This document shows, in pieces, positions 36,568 through 45,445 of a stretch of 64,000 nucleotides of DNA. Under the pieces are notes generated by a model, which saw only the letters and a program-made list of their open reading frames with translations, was not told where the DNA came from and ran no database searches. Source of the stretch: an uncultured Acidobacteriota bacterium. GTDB taxonomy: Bacteria > Acidobacteriota > JAAYUB01. The first letter of the stretch is position 1. The number at the start of each line of letters is the position of its first letter. The translations under genes were made by a program, and so were the position numbers. The stretch is taken from positions 34,166 through 98,165 of the forward strand of contig CAYPNP010000010.1 in NCBI GenBank assembly GCA_964412195.1, written 5' to 3'.

Positions 36568-37671
36568 TCACGCTCCCTCGCTGTGCTTGTGGCGCAGCTT
36601 GCGTTGGAGATCCAGCAGGATGTGCACCACCAGGAAGGCGAGCGTCCCGATGGTCAGCCACTTGAAGAACAGGGCCACCCAGTAGATGATCCCCGACTCC
36701 TTGTCCTCGGGATCAACGTGGAAGCGGCCGCGGGCGAAGTTGGCGTTGGCGCCCGGATGGCAGCCGGGCTGGCCGCAGGTCTTGGGAATGTTGGCCGGAT
36801 TGACCGAGGAGCGGGGATCCTCCGGCGGCAGCACGTCGTGGGCGGTGTGGCAGGAAGCGCATTCGGCCACCTTCTTCGAGCCCAGCTCGTTGGCGATGCC
36901 GTGGAACGACCGCTTGAACGTCTTGGTCGGGTTCACGGTGATCCCGTACTTGTCGTTGAAGGCCATGGAGGCGTGGCAGTGCGAGCAGGTCTCGGGGATG
37001 TTGCGGACGGAGACTTCGGATGCGCTCTCCTGGGGGGCCAGGATGTCGTGCTCGCCGTGGCAGTTGGTGCAGGAGGGGGCGTCGAGGTTCCCCTCGGCCA
37101 GGAGGGCGTGGCCGTGGACGCTCCGCTGGTACAGGGCGTAGATCTGGACGTGGCAGCGGCCGCAGGTCTCAGGCGTCTTCATCTTCGAGACCGTGGACTG
37201 CGGATTGTCCGCCTTCAGGATGTGGTGCGTGCCGTGGCAGTCCTGGCAGAGGGGCGCCTTGGTGTTGCCGGCGAGCCGCAACCGGCCGTGGACGGATTTG
37301 ACGTATCCTTCATAGTTGACGTCCTCCGGCGCCCCCACCGGATTGCCCGGGAAGTGGCAGCGCTGGCAGTTGACCTTCTCCAGCGGCTTCGGGTGGGGGA
37401 TCTGGCTGATGTCGGCGTGGCAATCGATGCAGCTCCACTTGGCGTGCACCGATTCGTGCAGCTCCTTGCCGTCGACATAGAGCGGCCGGACGCTGCCGTC
37501 CGGCTGCACCACTTTGAAGTCCCTCCGGTCATGGCAGATGCCGCACTGGCGGACCACCGCCGGCACGGCCGCCCCGGGCGGAGGCACGGGCGGGTCCGCC
37601 CCCTGTCCCGCCGCCGCTCCGGTCAGGAGGCCGAGCACCAGGACCGCCGCGCGGATCGAAGCGCCGTTCAT
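36568..37671 (-). CDS. Periplasmic multihaem cytochrome c (8-9 haems) with C-terminal TM anchor
   Basis: Signal peptide. CGICH, CIDCH, CQRCH, CQDCH, CGRCH, CTNCH, CSHCH, CASCH, plus a CGQPGCH (CX4CH) site. Hydrophobic C-terminal helix. Confidence 0.7.
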   Translation of the reverse strand: MNGASIRAAVLVLGLLTGAAAGQGADPPVPPPGAAVPAVVRQCGICHDRRDFKVVQPDGSVRPLYVDGKELHESVHAKWSCIDCHADISQIPHPKPLEKVNCQRCHFPGNPVGAPEDVNYEGYVKSVHGRLRLAGNTKAPLCQDCHGTHHILKADNPQSTVSKMKTPETCGRCHVQIYALYQRSVHGHALLAEGNLDAPSCTNCHGEHDILAPQESASEVSVRNIPETCSHCHASMAFNDKYGITVNPTKTFKRSFHGIANELGSKKVAECASCHTAHDVLPPEDPRSSVNPANIPKTCGQPGCHPGANANFARGRFHVDPEDKESGIIYWVALFFKWLTIGTLAFLVVHILLDLQRKLRHKHSEGA

Positions 37672-38507
37672 GGGCGGCCCCCCGCCGGCGGATTTTCCCC
37701 GCCTTTCGGTTCTTCAGGGGATTCCGGTTCGGTACTGGCGGGAGGGTTCGGGCCGTACAGCTCGATGTACTCCCGGCGGTGTTCCTCCCACAGCCGCTGC
37801 CGGCTGATCTTGCCGTCGATGAAGGTGCGCTGCATCGGGAAGTTCCCCTGGGACAGGTGGACGATGTACAGGTGCCAGCCGAAGAGCAGCATGAAAAGGA
37901 TCAGGCCCTGGTAACCGTGGATGATGGCCGTCACGTCGAGCACCCACTTGCCCAGCAGGGCGATGGAGGGGGTTTCCATCCAGAGGATCAGGCCGGTCAC
38001 GACCATTAGGAAAGCCCCCACGGCGGCGCCCCAGTACTGCAGCTTCTGGATCGGCGTGAAGCGCCCAAAGGAAGGCAGCGGTTTGCCGCGGGAGAAGTAG
38101 TAGGCCAGGGTGTTCTTGAAGTCCCGGAAATCGGCCGCCCGCGGGAGCATCTCCAGCAGCTGCCTGTGGCCGCGATCGGTGAAGATGATGTACACGAGGT
38201 GCCAGGCCGACAGGGCCATCAGGCCGATGGCGAAGATGCGGTGGATGATGCCGCGGGATTCGATGCCGCCTTCCACCGCGATCAGCACACGGCCCAGGAA
38301 CGTGTCCTGGAAGAAGAGCGCCAGGCCGGTCAGGGCCAGGCCGGTCAGGCAGATGAACAGGACCCAGTGCTGGAAGAGCTCGCCGGCGGTGAAGCGCACC
38401 ACCGCCTCGTCTCCTGCCTTGGGCTGATGAGGTCGTTCGCTCACGGCGTCCCTCGCAGGGGATCCAAAAATCTGGATCCAAAAATAAAGGTCTGAGGATA
38501 CCACCAA
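37668..38507 (-). CDS. Cytochrome b membrane subunit (HydC/FdnI-like), first gene of the cytochrome operon
   Basis: Conserved-His TM helices (FQHWVLFICLTGLALTGL...HRIFAIGLMALSAWHLVYII...WHLYIVHL). Exact start uncertain. 4-nt overlap with the downstream cytochrome c gene. Confidence 0.6.
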   Translation of the reverse strand: MVVSSDLYFWIQIFGSPARDAVSERPHQPKAGDEAVVRFTAGELFQHWVLFICLTGLALTGLALFFQDTFLGRVLIAVEGGIESRGIIHRIFAIGLMALSAWHLVYIIFTDRGHRQLLEMLPRAADFRDFKNTLAYYFSRGKPLPSFGRFTPIQKLQYWGAAVGAFLMVVTGLILWMETPSIALLGKWVLDVTAIIHGYQGLILFMLLFGWHLYIVHLSQGNFPMQRTFIDGKISRQRLWEEHRREYIELYGPNPPASTEPESPEEPKGGENPPAGGRP

Positions 38508-38655
38508 GCCGGCATTCGATCAAGCGAATTCAAATTGGGTCAAGTCAGTGCATCTATAGCAACGGCCGGAAGCTCTGTCAACAGGATTTCCCGCGTGAGC
38601 GACGCGCGGGGATGGGACCGCTTCCGGCCCATCCCGCCAACGACCCAAATTCGCC

Positions 38656-38683
38656 TTGACAGCCCCGAATTCTCGGATACAAT
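38656..38683 (+). promoter_or_regulatory. Sigma70-like promoter for the small membrane protein gene
   Basis: TTGACA-16 nt-TACAAT (ccTTGACAgccccgaattctcggaTACAATc), 60 nt upstream of a GGAGG RBS and the ATG at 38746. Confidence 0.55.
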
Positions 38684-38745
38684 CAAGCTGTGATTCCCAT
38701 CACGACAATTGGTTAGAACCTATAAACTCTACGAAGGAGGCAGTC

Positions 38746-39174
38746 ATGGCCGGTTCATTCCTTCCGTATCCCCTTTTGCTGCAGAACAACTACGGCAGCG
38801 AAGCCGGGGGTCTTCTGGCAGGCGGGATCGGGTGCGTTTTCATGATCATCTACCTCGCGATCATCGTCCTCGTCATCGCCAGCCTGTGGAAGATCTTCGT
38901 CAAGGCCAGGCAACCTGGATGGGCTGCGATCATCCCCATTTACAACATCTACATCCTGACCCAGATCGTCGGCCGCCCCGCGTGGTGGATCGTCCTGTTC
39001 CTGATCCCCTGCGTGAACATCGTGGTGGCCATCATGCTGGCCCTGGACCTGGCCAAGTCCTTCGGGAAGGACATCGGATTCGCCATCGGCATGATCCTGC
39101 TGCCGATCATCTTCTACCCCATCCTTGGGTTCGGGAGTGCGCAGTACATCGGACCGTCGGTCAAGCCGTCTTGA
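38746..39174 (+). CDS. Small integral membrane protein of unknown function (3-4 TM helices)
   Basis: GGAGG RBS 7 nt upstream. Hydrophobic segments with a PIYNIYILTQIVGRPAWW motif. 142 aa. Confidence 0.5.
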   Translation: MAGSFLPYPLLLQNNYGSEAGGLLAGGIGCVFMIIYLAIIVLVIASLWKIFVKARQPGWAAIIPIYNIYILTQIVGRPAWWIVLFLIPCVNIVVAIMLALDLAKSFGKDIGFAIGMILLPIIFYPILGFGSAQYIGPSVKPS

Positions 39175-39212
39175 CCTTCCCGAACGCGCTCGTTCCATCG
39201 TGATTGTTTCCA

Positions 39213-39244
39213 GGGGCAACCCCGCCGGGGTTGCCCCTTTTTCA
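39213..39244 (+). terminator. Rho-independent terminator
   Basis: GGGGCAACCCC-gcc-GGGGTTGCCCC followed by TTTTTCATG. Confidence 0.75.
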
Positions 39245-39314
39245 TGTATCGCTTGCGTTCGGACAGCCCCTCGGTTTATAAATTGACCGCAATCTATAAT
39301 TTCGAAGGAGGATT

Positions 39315-40748
39315 ATGAAACCCCTCCGCGCGTTCCTCGAGGACATCTGGGCCAGCAAGACGAGCATCCTGGGCGCGATCCTGGTGACGGTGTCGTCCAT
39401 CCTGATCATCATCTCCGTCATCCAGGACAACCTTGGCCTGGTGAGCAGCCCCTACCACGGCATCTTCGCCTATCTGGTGTTCCCGGCCATCTTCGTCCTG
39501 GGCCTCATCATGATCCCCCTCGGCATCTTCTACGCCCGGCGCAAGGCCCGCCGGCTGGGCAAGCCGGTGGAGTCCCTGGTGATCGACCTCAACCGCCCGG
39601 AGCACCGCCGGCGGATCGCCTTCGTCCTTGCCATGACCTTCATCAACTCGATCATCCTGTCGGTGGTCTCCTACGAAGGCTACCAGTACACGGACTCCAC
39701 CGCCTTCTGCGGCAAGGTCTGCCACACCGTGATGCAGCCGGAATACGTGGCGTACCAGCGATCCCCCCACGCCCGCGTGAGCTGCGTGGAGTGCCACATC
39801 GGCGGCGGGGCATCGTGGTACGTCAAGTCGAAGCTCTCCGGCCTGCGCCAGGTCTGGGCCGTCCTGACCCACAGCTACAGCCGCCCGATCCCCACGCCGG
39901 TGGCCGACCTGCGGCCGGCGCGGGACACCTGCGAGGAATGCCACTGGCCGCAGATGTTCCACGGCAAGAAGGTCGCCGTCCGGCGCTCCCTGGAGGGCGG
40001 CGCCACTCCCGACGATCCGCTGGTCACGGTGCTGCTGCTCAACATCGGCGGCTACAGCGCCAAGGACCGCCGTTACGATGGCATCCACTGGCACGTGAGC
40101 CGCGACGCCCGGGTCGAGTACCTGGCCGCCGACGCCAAGCGGACCCAGATCCCGCGCGTGCGGGCGATCCGACCCGACGGGACGAAGGTCGAGTACGCCC
40201 TCAAGGACGCGCCGGCCGTTCCGCCCAACGCGGAGTGGCGGACGATGGACTGCATCGACTGCCACAACCGGCCGACCCACATCTTTGAGAATCCCCAGCG
40301 GGCCATCGACACCGCCTTGATCGACGGGCGCATGGACGCCTCGCTCCCGAATATTCGGGAGGCCGCCCTCAAGGCGGTGACCGCAGACTACCCCTCCCAG
40401 GAAGCGGCCCGCACAGGCATCGAAAACAGCCTGCGGGAGACCTACCGGGTCGCCGACGCCGGTGCCGGCGCCGTGTCCGCCGCCGCCGTCCAGAAAGCCG
40501 CCGAAGCCGCGTTCCAGATCTACCGGGTGAATGTCTTCCCGGAAATGAAGGTCACCTTCGGCATCCACAAGAGCCACATCGGCCACCAGGAAGAGGGGTA
40601 CGGCTGCTTCCGCTGCCACGACGATTCCCACGAGGCCGCGGACGGAAAGACCATTTTCCAGGACTGCGACAAGTGCCACGAACTGCTGGCCCAGGAGGAA
40701 CGGGAGAAATCGCTCCCCGCCGAAATCCGCCAGCGGTACGCCCAATGA
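39315..40748 (+). CDS. ImcH-like inner-membrane NapC/NirT-family multihaem cytochrome c (about 7 haems)
   Basis: GGAGG RBS. Two or three N-terminal TM helices. CGKVCH (CX3CH), CVECH, CEECH, CIDCH, CFRCH, CDKCH plus a His-rich distal region. Size (477 aa) and topology are as described for Geobacter ImcH. Confidence 0.65.
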   Translation: MKPLRAFLEDIWASKTSILGAILVTVSSILIIISVIQDNLGLVSSPYHGIFAYLVFPAIFVLGLIMIPLGIFYARRKARRLGKPVESLVIDLNRPEHRRRIAFVLAMTFINSIILSVVSYEGYQYTDSTAFCGKVCHTVMQPEYVAYQRSPHARVSCVECHIGGGASWYVKSKLSGLRQVWAVLTHSYSRPIPTPVADLRPARDTCEECHWPQMFHGKKVAVRRSLEGGATPDDPLVTVLLLNIGGYSAKDRRYDGIHWHVSRDARVEYLAADAKRTQIPRVRAIRPDGTKVEYALKDAPAVPPNAEWRTMDCIDCHNRPTHIFENPQRAIDTALIDGRMDASLPNIREAALKAVTADYPSQEAARTGIENSLRETYRVADAGAGAVSAAAVQKAAEAAFQIYRVNVFPEMKVTFGIHKSHIGHQEEGYGCFRCHDDSHEAADGKTIFQDCDKCHELLAQEEREKSLPAEIRQRYAQ

Positions 40749-40896
40749 GGATCGGTTTGCTTCACCTATAAGCAATATTCACCGCTGAGGCACAGAGACG
40801 CTGAGAACATCGGAATGACTGGTCTTCAAAGATTCATGCCTCCGATTCCTCTGCGTCTCGGCGACTCTGCGGTAAGGAAATTCTCTTGAGCACGCT

Positions 40897-41403
40897 TTGC
40901 TGATGGAGCGGAAATCCAAGATCTACTGCCCCTATTGCGCCACGCCGCTGCAGCCGGCGGCGGACGGAGGGCAGTGGTGTCCCGCCTGCCGGGTCGGACT
41001 GTATGACAACCCCACTCCGGCCGTCGCGGCCGTTGTGCGCGACAGCCGGGGCCGGATCCTCCTGGTGGAACGCGACAAGGACCCCAAGGCCGGCGAGTGG
41101 TCCCTGCCGGGCGGATTCATCGAGATCGACGAATCCCCGGCGGAGGCGGCGGCCCGCGAGCTGATGGAGGAGACCGGCCTGTCCTCCCTCCGGCTGGAGC
41201 TTCTGGCCGTCGAGGACGAGCCGAGCCGCCAGTACGGCCGGGTGCTGGTGGTCTGCTACCGCATCCTGGAGTGGGCGGGCTCCCCGGCGGCCGGCGACGA
41301 CGCCCGCGCCTGCCGATTCTTCGCGCCGGAGGAACTGCCGGCCGTAGCTTTCCGCGCCCACCGGCGGTTCATCCAGCTCTGCCTGGAGAAGGATTCCCCC
41401 TGA
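40897..41403 (+). CDS. NUDIX hydrolase with N-terminal zinc ribbon
   Basis: CPYC...CPAC zinc ribbon, then the Nudix box GGFIEIDESPAEAAARELMEETG. Confidence 0.75.
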   Translation: MLMERKSKIYCPYCATPLQPAADGGQWCPACRVGLYDNPTPAVAAVVRDSRGRILLVERDKDPKAGEWSLPGGFIEIDESPAEAAARELMEETGLSSLRLELLAVEDEPSRQYGRVLVVCYRILEWAGSPAAGDDARACRFFAPEELPAVAFRAHRRFIQLCLEKDSP

Positions 41404-41460
41404 TCCGCCGGCAGCGCCCCGATTCGGCGGAATCGGCGCCACATGACGCGATAACCAGGC

Positions 41461-41689
41461 GCCGGCGAGCGGTCAGTACCGGCAAACGTCAGAGGCTGTG
41501 TTGCAACGGCTGCCTGGCCCACAGGGCCAGCCGTCGCAACACGGCCTCGTCAGCTGCCGGCGGGCAGCTTGACTCAGCTGGAGACGACGATCCACATCTT
41601 CAAGAAAACCGGATAGTTGAGCAACATCTCCCGTCGGCAGTTGACGCTTGCCGGTACTGACCGACTGCCGGTACTGATTGCTCGCCGGC
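41461..41689. repeat. MITE-like element: about 185-bp core flanked by about 23-bp terminal inverted repeats, containing an internal 23-bp perfect hairpin
   Basis: Left end gccggcgagcggtcagtaccggc. Right end gccggtactgaccgactgccggtactgattgctcgccggc, with the 11-mer duplicated. Internal GTGTTGCAACGGCTGCCTGGCCC-aca-GGGCCAGCCGTCGCAACAC. Confidence 0.4.
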
Positions 41690-41741
41690 AGACGGTTGTC
41701 CCGGTCACCCGAAAATTTTTTCTTTATAGCAAATTATAGGT

Positions 41742-41771
41742 TTGACAAGCCGGTTTCTGAGGATCTAAAAT
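41742..41771 (+). promoter_or_regulatory. Sigma70-like promoter of the MerR-family gene
   Basis: TTGACA-18 nt-TAAAAT in an AT-rich stretch. A second TATAAT follows immediately downstream. Confidence 0.55.
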
Positions 41772-41803
41772 ATAATTGTAATTTTTCAATACAGGTACAG
41801 GTC

Positions 41804-42280
41804 ATGGTCACCATGGGCGAAAAAATTTACAAGATTGGGCAAGTGGCTGAACAGTTGGGGATTTCGGTGCCGACCCTCCGGATGTACGAGCGGGAGGGCA
41901 TCCTGATCCCGATCAAGTCGTCCGGCGGCACGCGGTATTTCTCCGAAAGCGACATTCAGTGGATCCGCTGCATCCGGAGGATGATCACGGAGCTGGGCCT
42001 GAACCTCGAGGGCATCCGGCGGCTTCTGGCGCTGATCCCCTGCTGGGAGCTCACGGACTGCGGGCACCGCGCGGACAGGACCTGCGACATGTCCGCCGAC
42101 GCGACCCGGCCCTGCTGGATGAAGGAAAACCGGCCGTGCAAGCAGAACCATGCCGAGTGCTACGCCTGCCCCGCCTACCGGTATTCGGTCAACTGCGAAA
42201 ACCTGAAAAACTTGTTCGAGATCCGGCTCCGGCAGCTGACCAACGGCGCCGCCCAGAACGGCAAGTCGTGCCACCGCTGA
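41804..42280 (+). CDS. MerR-family transcriptional regulator with Cys-rich C-terminal domain (putative metal/redox sensor)
   Basis: N-terminal MerR HTH (YKIGQVAEQLGISVPTLRMYEREGIL). The C-terminal 70 aa contain 8 Cys (CWELTDCGH...CDM...CWM...CKQ...CYACP...C). Confidence 0.75.
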   Translation: MVTMGEKIYKIGQVAEQLGISVPTLRMYEREGILIPIKSSGGTRYFSESDIQWIRCIRRMITELGLNLEGIRRLLALIPCWELTDCGHRADRTCDMSADATRPCWMKENRPCKQNHAECYACPAYRYSVNCENLKNLFEIRLRQLTNGAAQNGKSCHR

Positions 42281-43705
42281 TCAGCTGACGCCGACGGCCG
42301 GCAGCAGGGCATCCAGATCCACCTTCTCCAGGTAGTGCGGCATCCGGACGGGCCATCCCAGACGGTCCCTGATTTTCCCCGCCAGGCCCTCCATCTGCGA
42401 CGGCTCGCCGTGCACCAGGAAGGTCATGCGCGGTGGCCGGCGGAACCCGCCCAGCCACCGGAATATCTCCTCGTAATCCGCATGCGCGCTGAACGCCTCG
42501 ATGGATTGGATCTCCGCCCGCACGGGCACGAGCTCGCCGTGGATCTTGATCTCCTTCTCCCCCTCCAACAGCCGTCGCCCCCGCGTGCCTTCGGCCTGGT
42601 AGCCGACGAATAGGACCGTGTTGCGGGGATTGGGCAGCTTCAGCTTCAGGTGGTGCAGCACGCGGCCGGCCTCGCACATCCCGCTGGCGGACAGGATGAT
42701 CAGAGGGCCTTCCATCTTGTTGATGGCCATGGAGTCTTGCACCGCGGTGGCGAGGTGCAGGTTTTCGCACAGGAGGGCGCAATCCTGTCCGTTCGACTCG
42801 GGCTCGTGCTCGAGGTCCAGCGCCTCCGGGTGGCGGCAGAAAATGCGGGTGGCCTGGATCGCCAGTGGGCTGTCCACGTAGACCGGGATCGGCGGGATCC
42901 GGCCTTCGTCCTGCAGCACCCGGAGGTGGTACAGCAGCTCCTGGGTCCGCCCCACGGCGAAGGACGGGATGAGCAGGATGCCCTTCCGCTTGGCGGTCCG
43001 CCGGATGACGCCCTCGAGGGCGGCCAGCACGTCCCCGTCCGCGTGCAACCGGTCGCCGTAGGTCGATTCGATGATCAGGAAGTCCGCCTCCTCCACCCTC
43101 GCCGGATCCGGCAGGATGTTCTCGTTGTACCGCCCGAGGTCGCCGGTAAACACCAGGTTGAATTCCGAGCCGTCCTCCCGCCGCAGGGAGAATCGTGCGC
43201 AGGCCGATCCCAGGATGTGGCCGGACTCCAGGAAATCGAAGGTTATGTTCTTGTTGATGGCGAAACGCTGCCCCAGCGGCACGGCATGGAAGAGCCCCAG
43301 GACCTCCTGCACGTCCGCCAGGGTGTAGAGCGGCATGGCCGGGGAATGCTTGGTGAAGCCCTCCTTGTTGGCGTAGCGGGCGTCCTCTTCCTGGATGTGG
43401 GCCGAATCGGGCAGCATGATCGAGCAAAGCTCCGAGGTGGAGGGAGTGCAGAAAATGCGCCCCCCGAATCCCTGGCGGGCCAGGCGGGGCAGGTAACCGG
43501 CGTGGTCCATGTGCGCGTGGGTCAGCACGATATCGTCCACGTACCCGGGAGGCAACGGGAAAGGCTCCCAATTCTTCAACCGGAGATCCTTGAGGCCCTG
43601 GAACATGCCGCAGTCCATCATCACCACTTTGCCTCGATGGTTCAGCACGTGCTTGGAACCGGTGACGGTCCGGGTCGCGCCCAGGAACTGCAGGGTCGTG
43701 CTCAT
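42281..43705 (-). CDS. MBL-fold metallo-hydrolase with beta-CASP domain (RNA-processing nuclease family)
   Basis: HAHMDH metallo-beta-lactamase motif. Beta-CASP segment with ESTYGDR. A C-terminal RNA-metabolising MBL region. 474 aa. Confidence 0.75.
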   Translation of the reverse strand: MSTTLQFLGATRTVTGSKHVLNHRGKVVMMDCGMFQGLKDLRLKNWEPFPLPPGYVDDIVLTHAHMDHAGYLPRLARQGFGGRIFCTPSTSELCSIMLPDSAHIQEEDARYANKEGFTKHSPAMPLYTLADVQEVLGLFHAVPLGQRFAINKNITFDFLESGHILGSACARFSLRREDGSEFNLVFTGDLGRYNENILPDPARVEEADFLIIESTYGDRLHADGDVLAALEGVIRRTAKRKGILLIPSFAVGRTQELLYHLRVLQDEGRIPPIPVYVDSPLAIQATRIFCRHPEALDLEHEPESNGQDCALLCENLHLATAVQDSMAINKMEGPLIILSASGMCEAGRVLHHLKLKLPNPRNTVLFVGYQAEGTRGRRLLEGEKEIKIHGELVPVRAEIQSIEAFSAHADYEEIFRWLGGFRRPPRMTFLVHGEPSQMEGLAGKIRDRLGWPVRMPHYLEKVDLDALLPAVGVS

Positions 43706-43732
43706 GCGTTCTCCTTTCTATCCACTTCCGCT

Positions 43733-43785
43733 ATCGGAATCGGTATCGGAATCGCCATCGGTATCGCAATCGGCCCGCGAATCGA
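43733..43785. repeat. Tandem hexamer array (ATCGGN) of about 7 units in the 5' leader of the MBL gene
   Basis: aatcgg tatcgg aatcgc catcgg tatcgc aatcgg cc. Confidence 0.6.
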
Positions 43786-44016
43786 GCATCGATAGTGATA
43801 CCGGATGGAACTTGGAGGATTCAACCTCCGGCTGCCTCGCCATCGGGACCATTATCGCAGAAATTCCCTACCCGGTACAGGCCGGCTGGGAGAAAAACGG
43901 GAAATTCGGGCCCGGTTTCATAAAAAGTGAAACTGTTGAAATATTTATAAAATAATCGTCCCAGTTATTTACTGATAACAAAGGTGATCCCGCTGGAACG
44001 ATCCCTCACCCGCGTG

Positions 44017-44045
44017 TTGACATCGGCTCCGTCTGCGGCTATAAT
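44017..44045 (+). promoter_or_regulatory. Perfect consensus sigma70 promoter of lat
   Basis: TTGACA-17 nt-TATAAT, 33 nt upstream of an AGGAGG RBS. It is preceded by a roughly 100-bp AT-rich island. Confidence 0.8.
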
Positions 44046-44078
44046 GCCATCTTTTTATTTCGTTCTCAGGAGGACATC

Positions 44079-45422
44079 ATGGCGACGATGCAGGCGACGC
44101 GGATCACCCCCGGCCTCGTGCACAAGGTGATCGGGAGGAATATGCTGGCGGACGGATTCGACCTGGTGGTGGACCTCGAAAAGAGCCGGGGCGCCTACAT
44201 TCACGACTCCTGCAACAACCGCGACTACGTGGATTTCTTCACCTGCTTCGCCTCCGTGCCGCTGGGCATGAACCACCCCAAGATGCTCGAGCCGAATTTC
44301 CTGGCCAAGCTGCAGCGCGCCGCCCTCCACAAGGTCTCCAATTCGGACATTTACACGGTGGAAATGGCCGAGTTCGTGGACACGTTCAGCCGGTTGGCCC
44401 GCCCCGACTATCTCCACTACCTGTTCTTCGTCGAGGGCGGGGCCCTGGCCGTCGAGAACGCCCTCAAGGTGGCTTTCGACTGGAAGGTGCGCAAGAACTT
44501 CCAGAAGGGCCACGTGCGGGAGCGCGGCCACCAGGTCATCCACTTCCGCGAGGCGTTCCACGGCCGGTCCGGCTACACCATGAGCCTGACCAACACCGAT
44601 CCCACCAAGACCGACCTCTACCCGAAGTTCCACTGGCCGCGCATCCTGAATCCCAAGCTGAGCTTCCCGGTCACCCCCGAAGTCCTCGAACGCGTCCGGC
44701 GCGACGAGGAGCTGGCCCTGGCCCAGATCCGGCAGGCCATCCACGACAACCCCGACGACATCGCCGCCCTGATCATCGAGCCCATCCAGGGCGAGGGCGG
44801 TGACAACCACTTCCGGCCCGAGTTCCTCCAGAAGCTCCGCGAGATCACCCTCGAGGAAGACATCCTGTTCATCCTGGACGAGATCCAGACCGGCATCGGG
44901 ATCACCGGCAAGATGTGGGCCCACCAGCACATGGGGATCCGGCCGGACATCATCTCCTTCGGGAAGAAGACCCAGATCTGCGGCATCGCCGTCAGCACCC
45001 GCGTGGATGAGATCCCCGACAACGTGTTCCACACCGCCAGCCGCATCAACTCCACCTGGGGCGGGAACCTGGTGGACATGGTGCGCGCGACCCGCTACCT
45101 GGAGATCATCGACGAAGACGGCCTGGTGGACAACGCCCGCGTCCAGGGCGAGTTCCTGCTGGAGCGCATCGCCGAGTTCACCCGGAAATACCCCGACCTG
45201 CTGAGCAACCCCCGCGGCCGGGGCATGTTCGCCGCCTTCACCGTGCGCGACCACAAGAGCCGCAACGAGCTGCTCCGCCGCTGTCGCGAGGACAAGGGGG
45301 TCATCATCCTGCCCTGCGGGCCGGTCAGCATCCGGTTCCGGCCACCCCTGGACATCAACCGCGCCGCCCTCGAGGACGGGCTGGGGCGGATGGAGGAAGC
45401 GATCACGGAGTTCCTCGGGTAA
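44079..45422 (+). CDS. lat: L-lysine 6-aminotransferase (class III PLP aminotransferase, LAT family)
   Basis: DGFDLVVDLEKSRGAYI, ALAVENALKVAFDWK, FHGRSGYTMSLTNTDP, IIEPIQGEGGDNHF and STWGGNL all match LAT-family signatures as I recall them from Streptomyces/Flavobacterium LAT. 447 aa. Confidence 0.7.
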   Translation: MATMQATRITPGLVHKVIGRNMLADGFDLVVDLEKSRGAYIHDSCNNRDYVDFFTCFASVPLGMNHPKMLEPNFLAKLQRAALHKVSNSDIYTVEMAEFVDTFSRLARPDYLHYLFFVEGGALAVENALKVAFDWKVRKNFQKGHVRERGHQVIHFREAFHGRSGYTMSLTNTDPTKTDLYPKFHWPRILNPKLSFPVTPEVLERVRRDEELALAQIRQAIHDNPDDIAALIIEPIQGEGGDNHFRPEFLQKLREITLEEDILFILDEIQTGIGITGKMWAHQHMGIRPDIISFGKKTQICGIAVSTRVDEIPDNVFHTASRINSTWGGNLVDMVRATRYLEIIDEDGLVDNARVQGEFLLERIAEFTRKYPDLLSNPRGRGMFAAFTVRDHKSRNELLRRCREDKGVIILPCGPVSIRFRPPLDINRAALEDGLGRMEEAITEFLG

Positions 45423-45445
45423 ATCTATTTTTCGGGAATATTCCA

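Noticed and set aside
37714-38523. An alternative-frame ORF overlapping the first cytochrome b gene
   Set aside because: Its translation is Pro/Arg/Gly-rich without TM helices. The 37668..38507 frame gives His-containing TM helices typical of cytochrome b.
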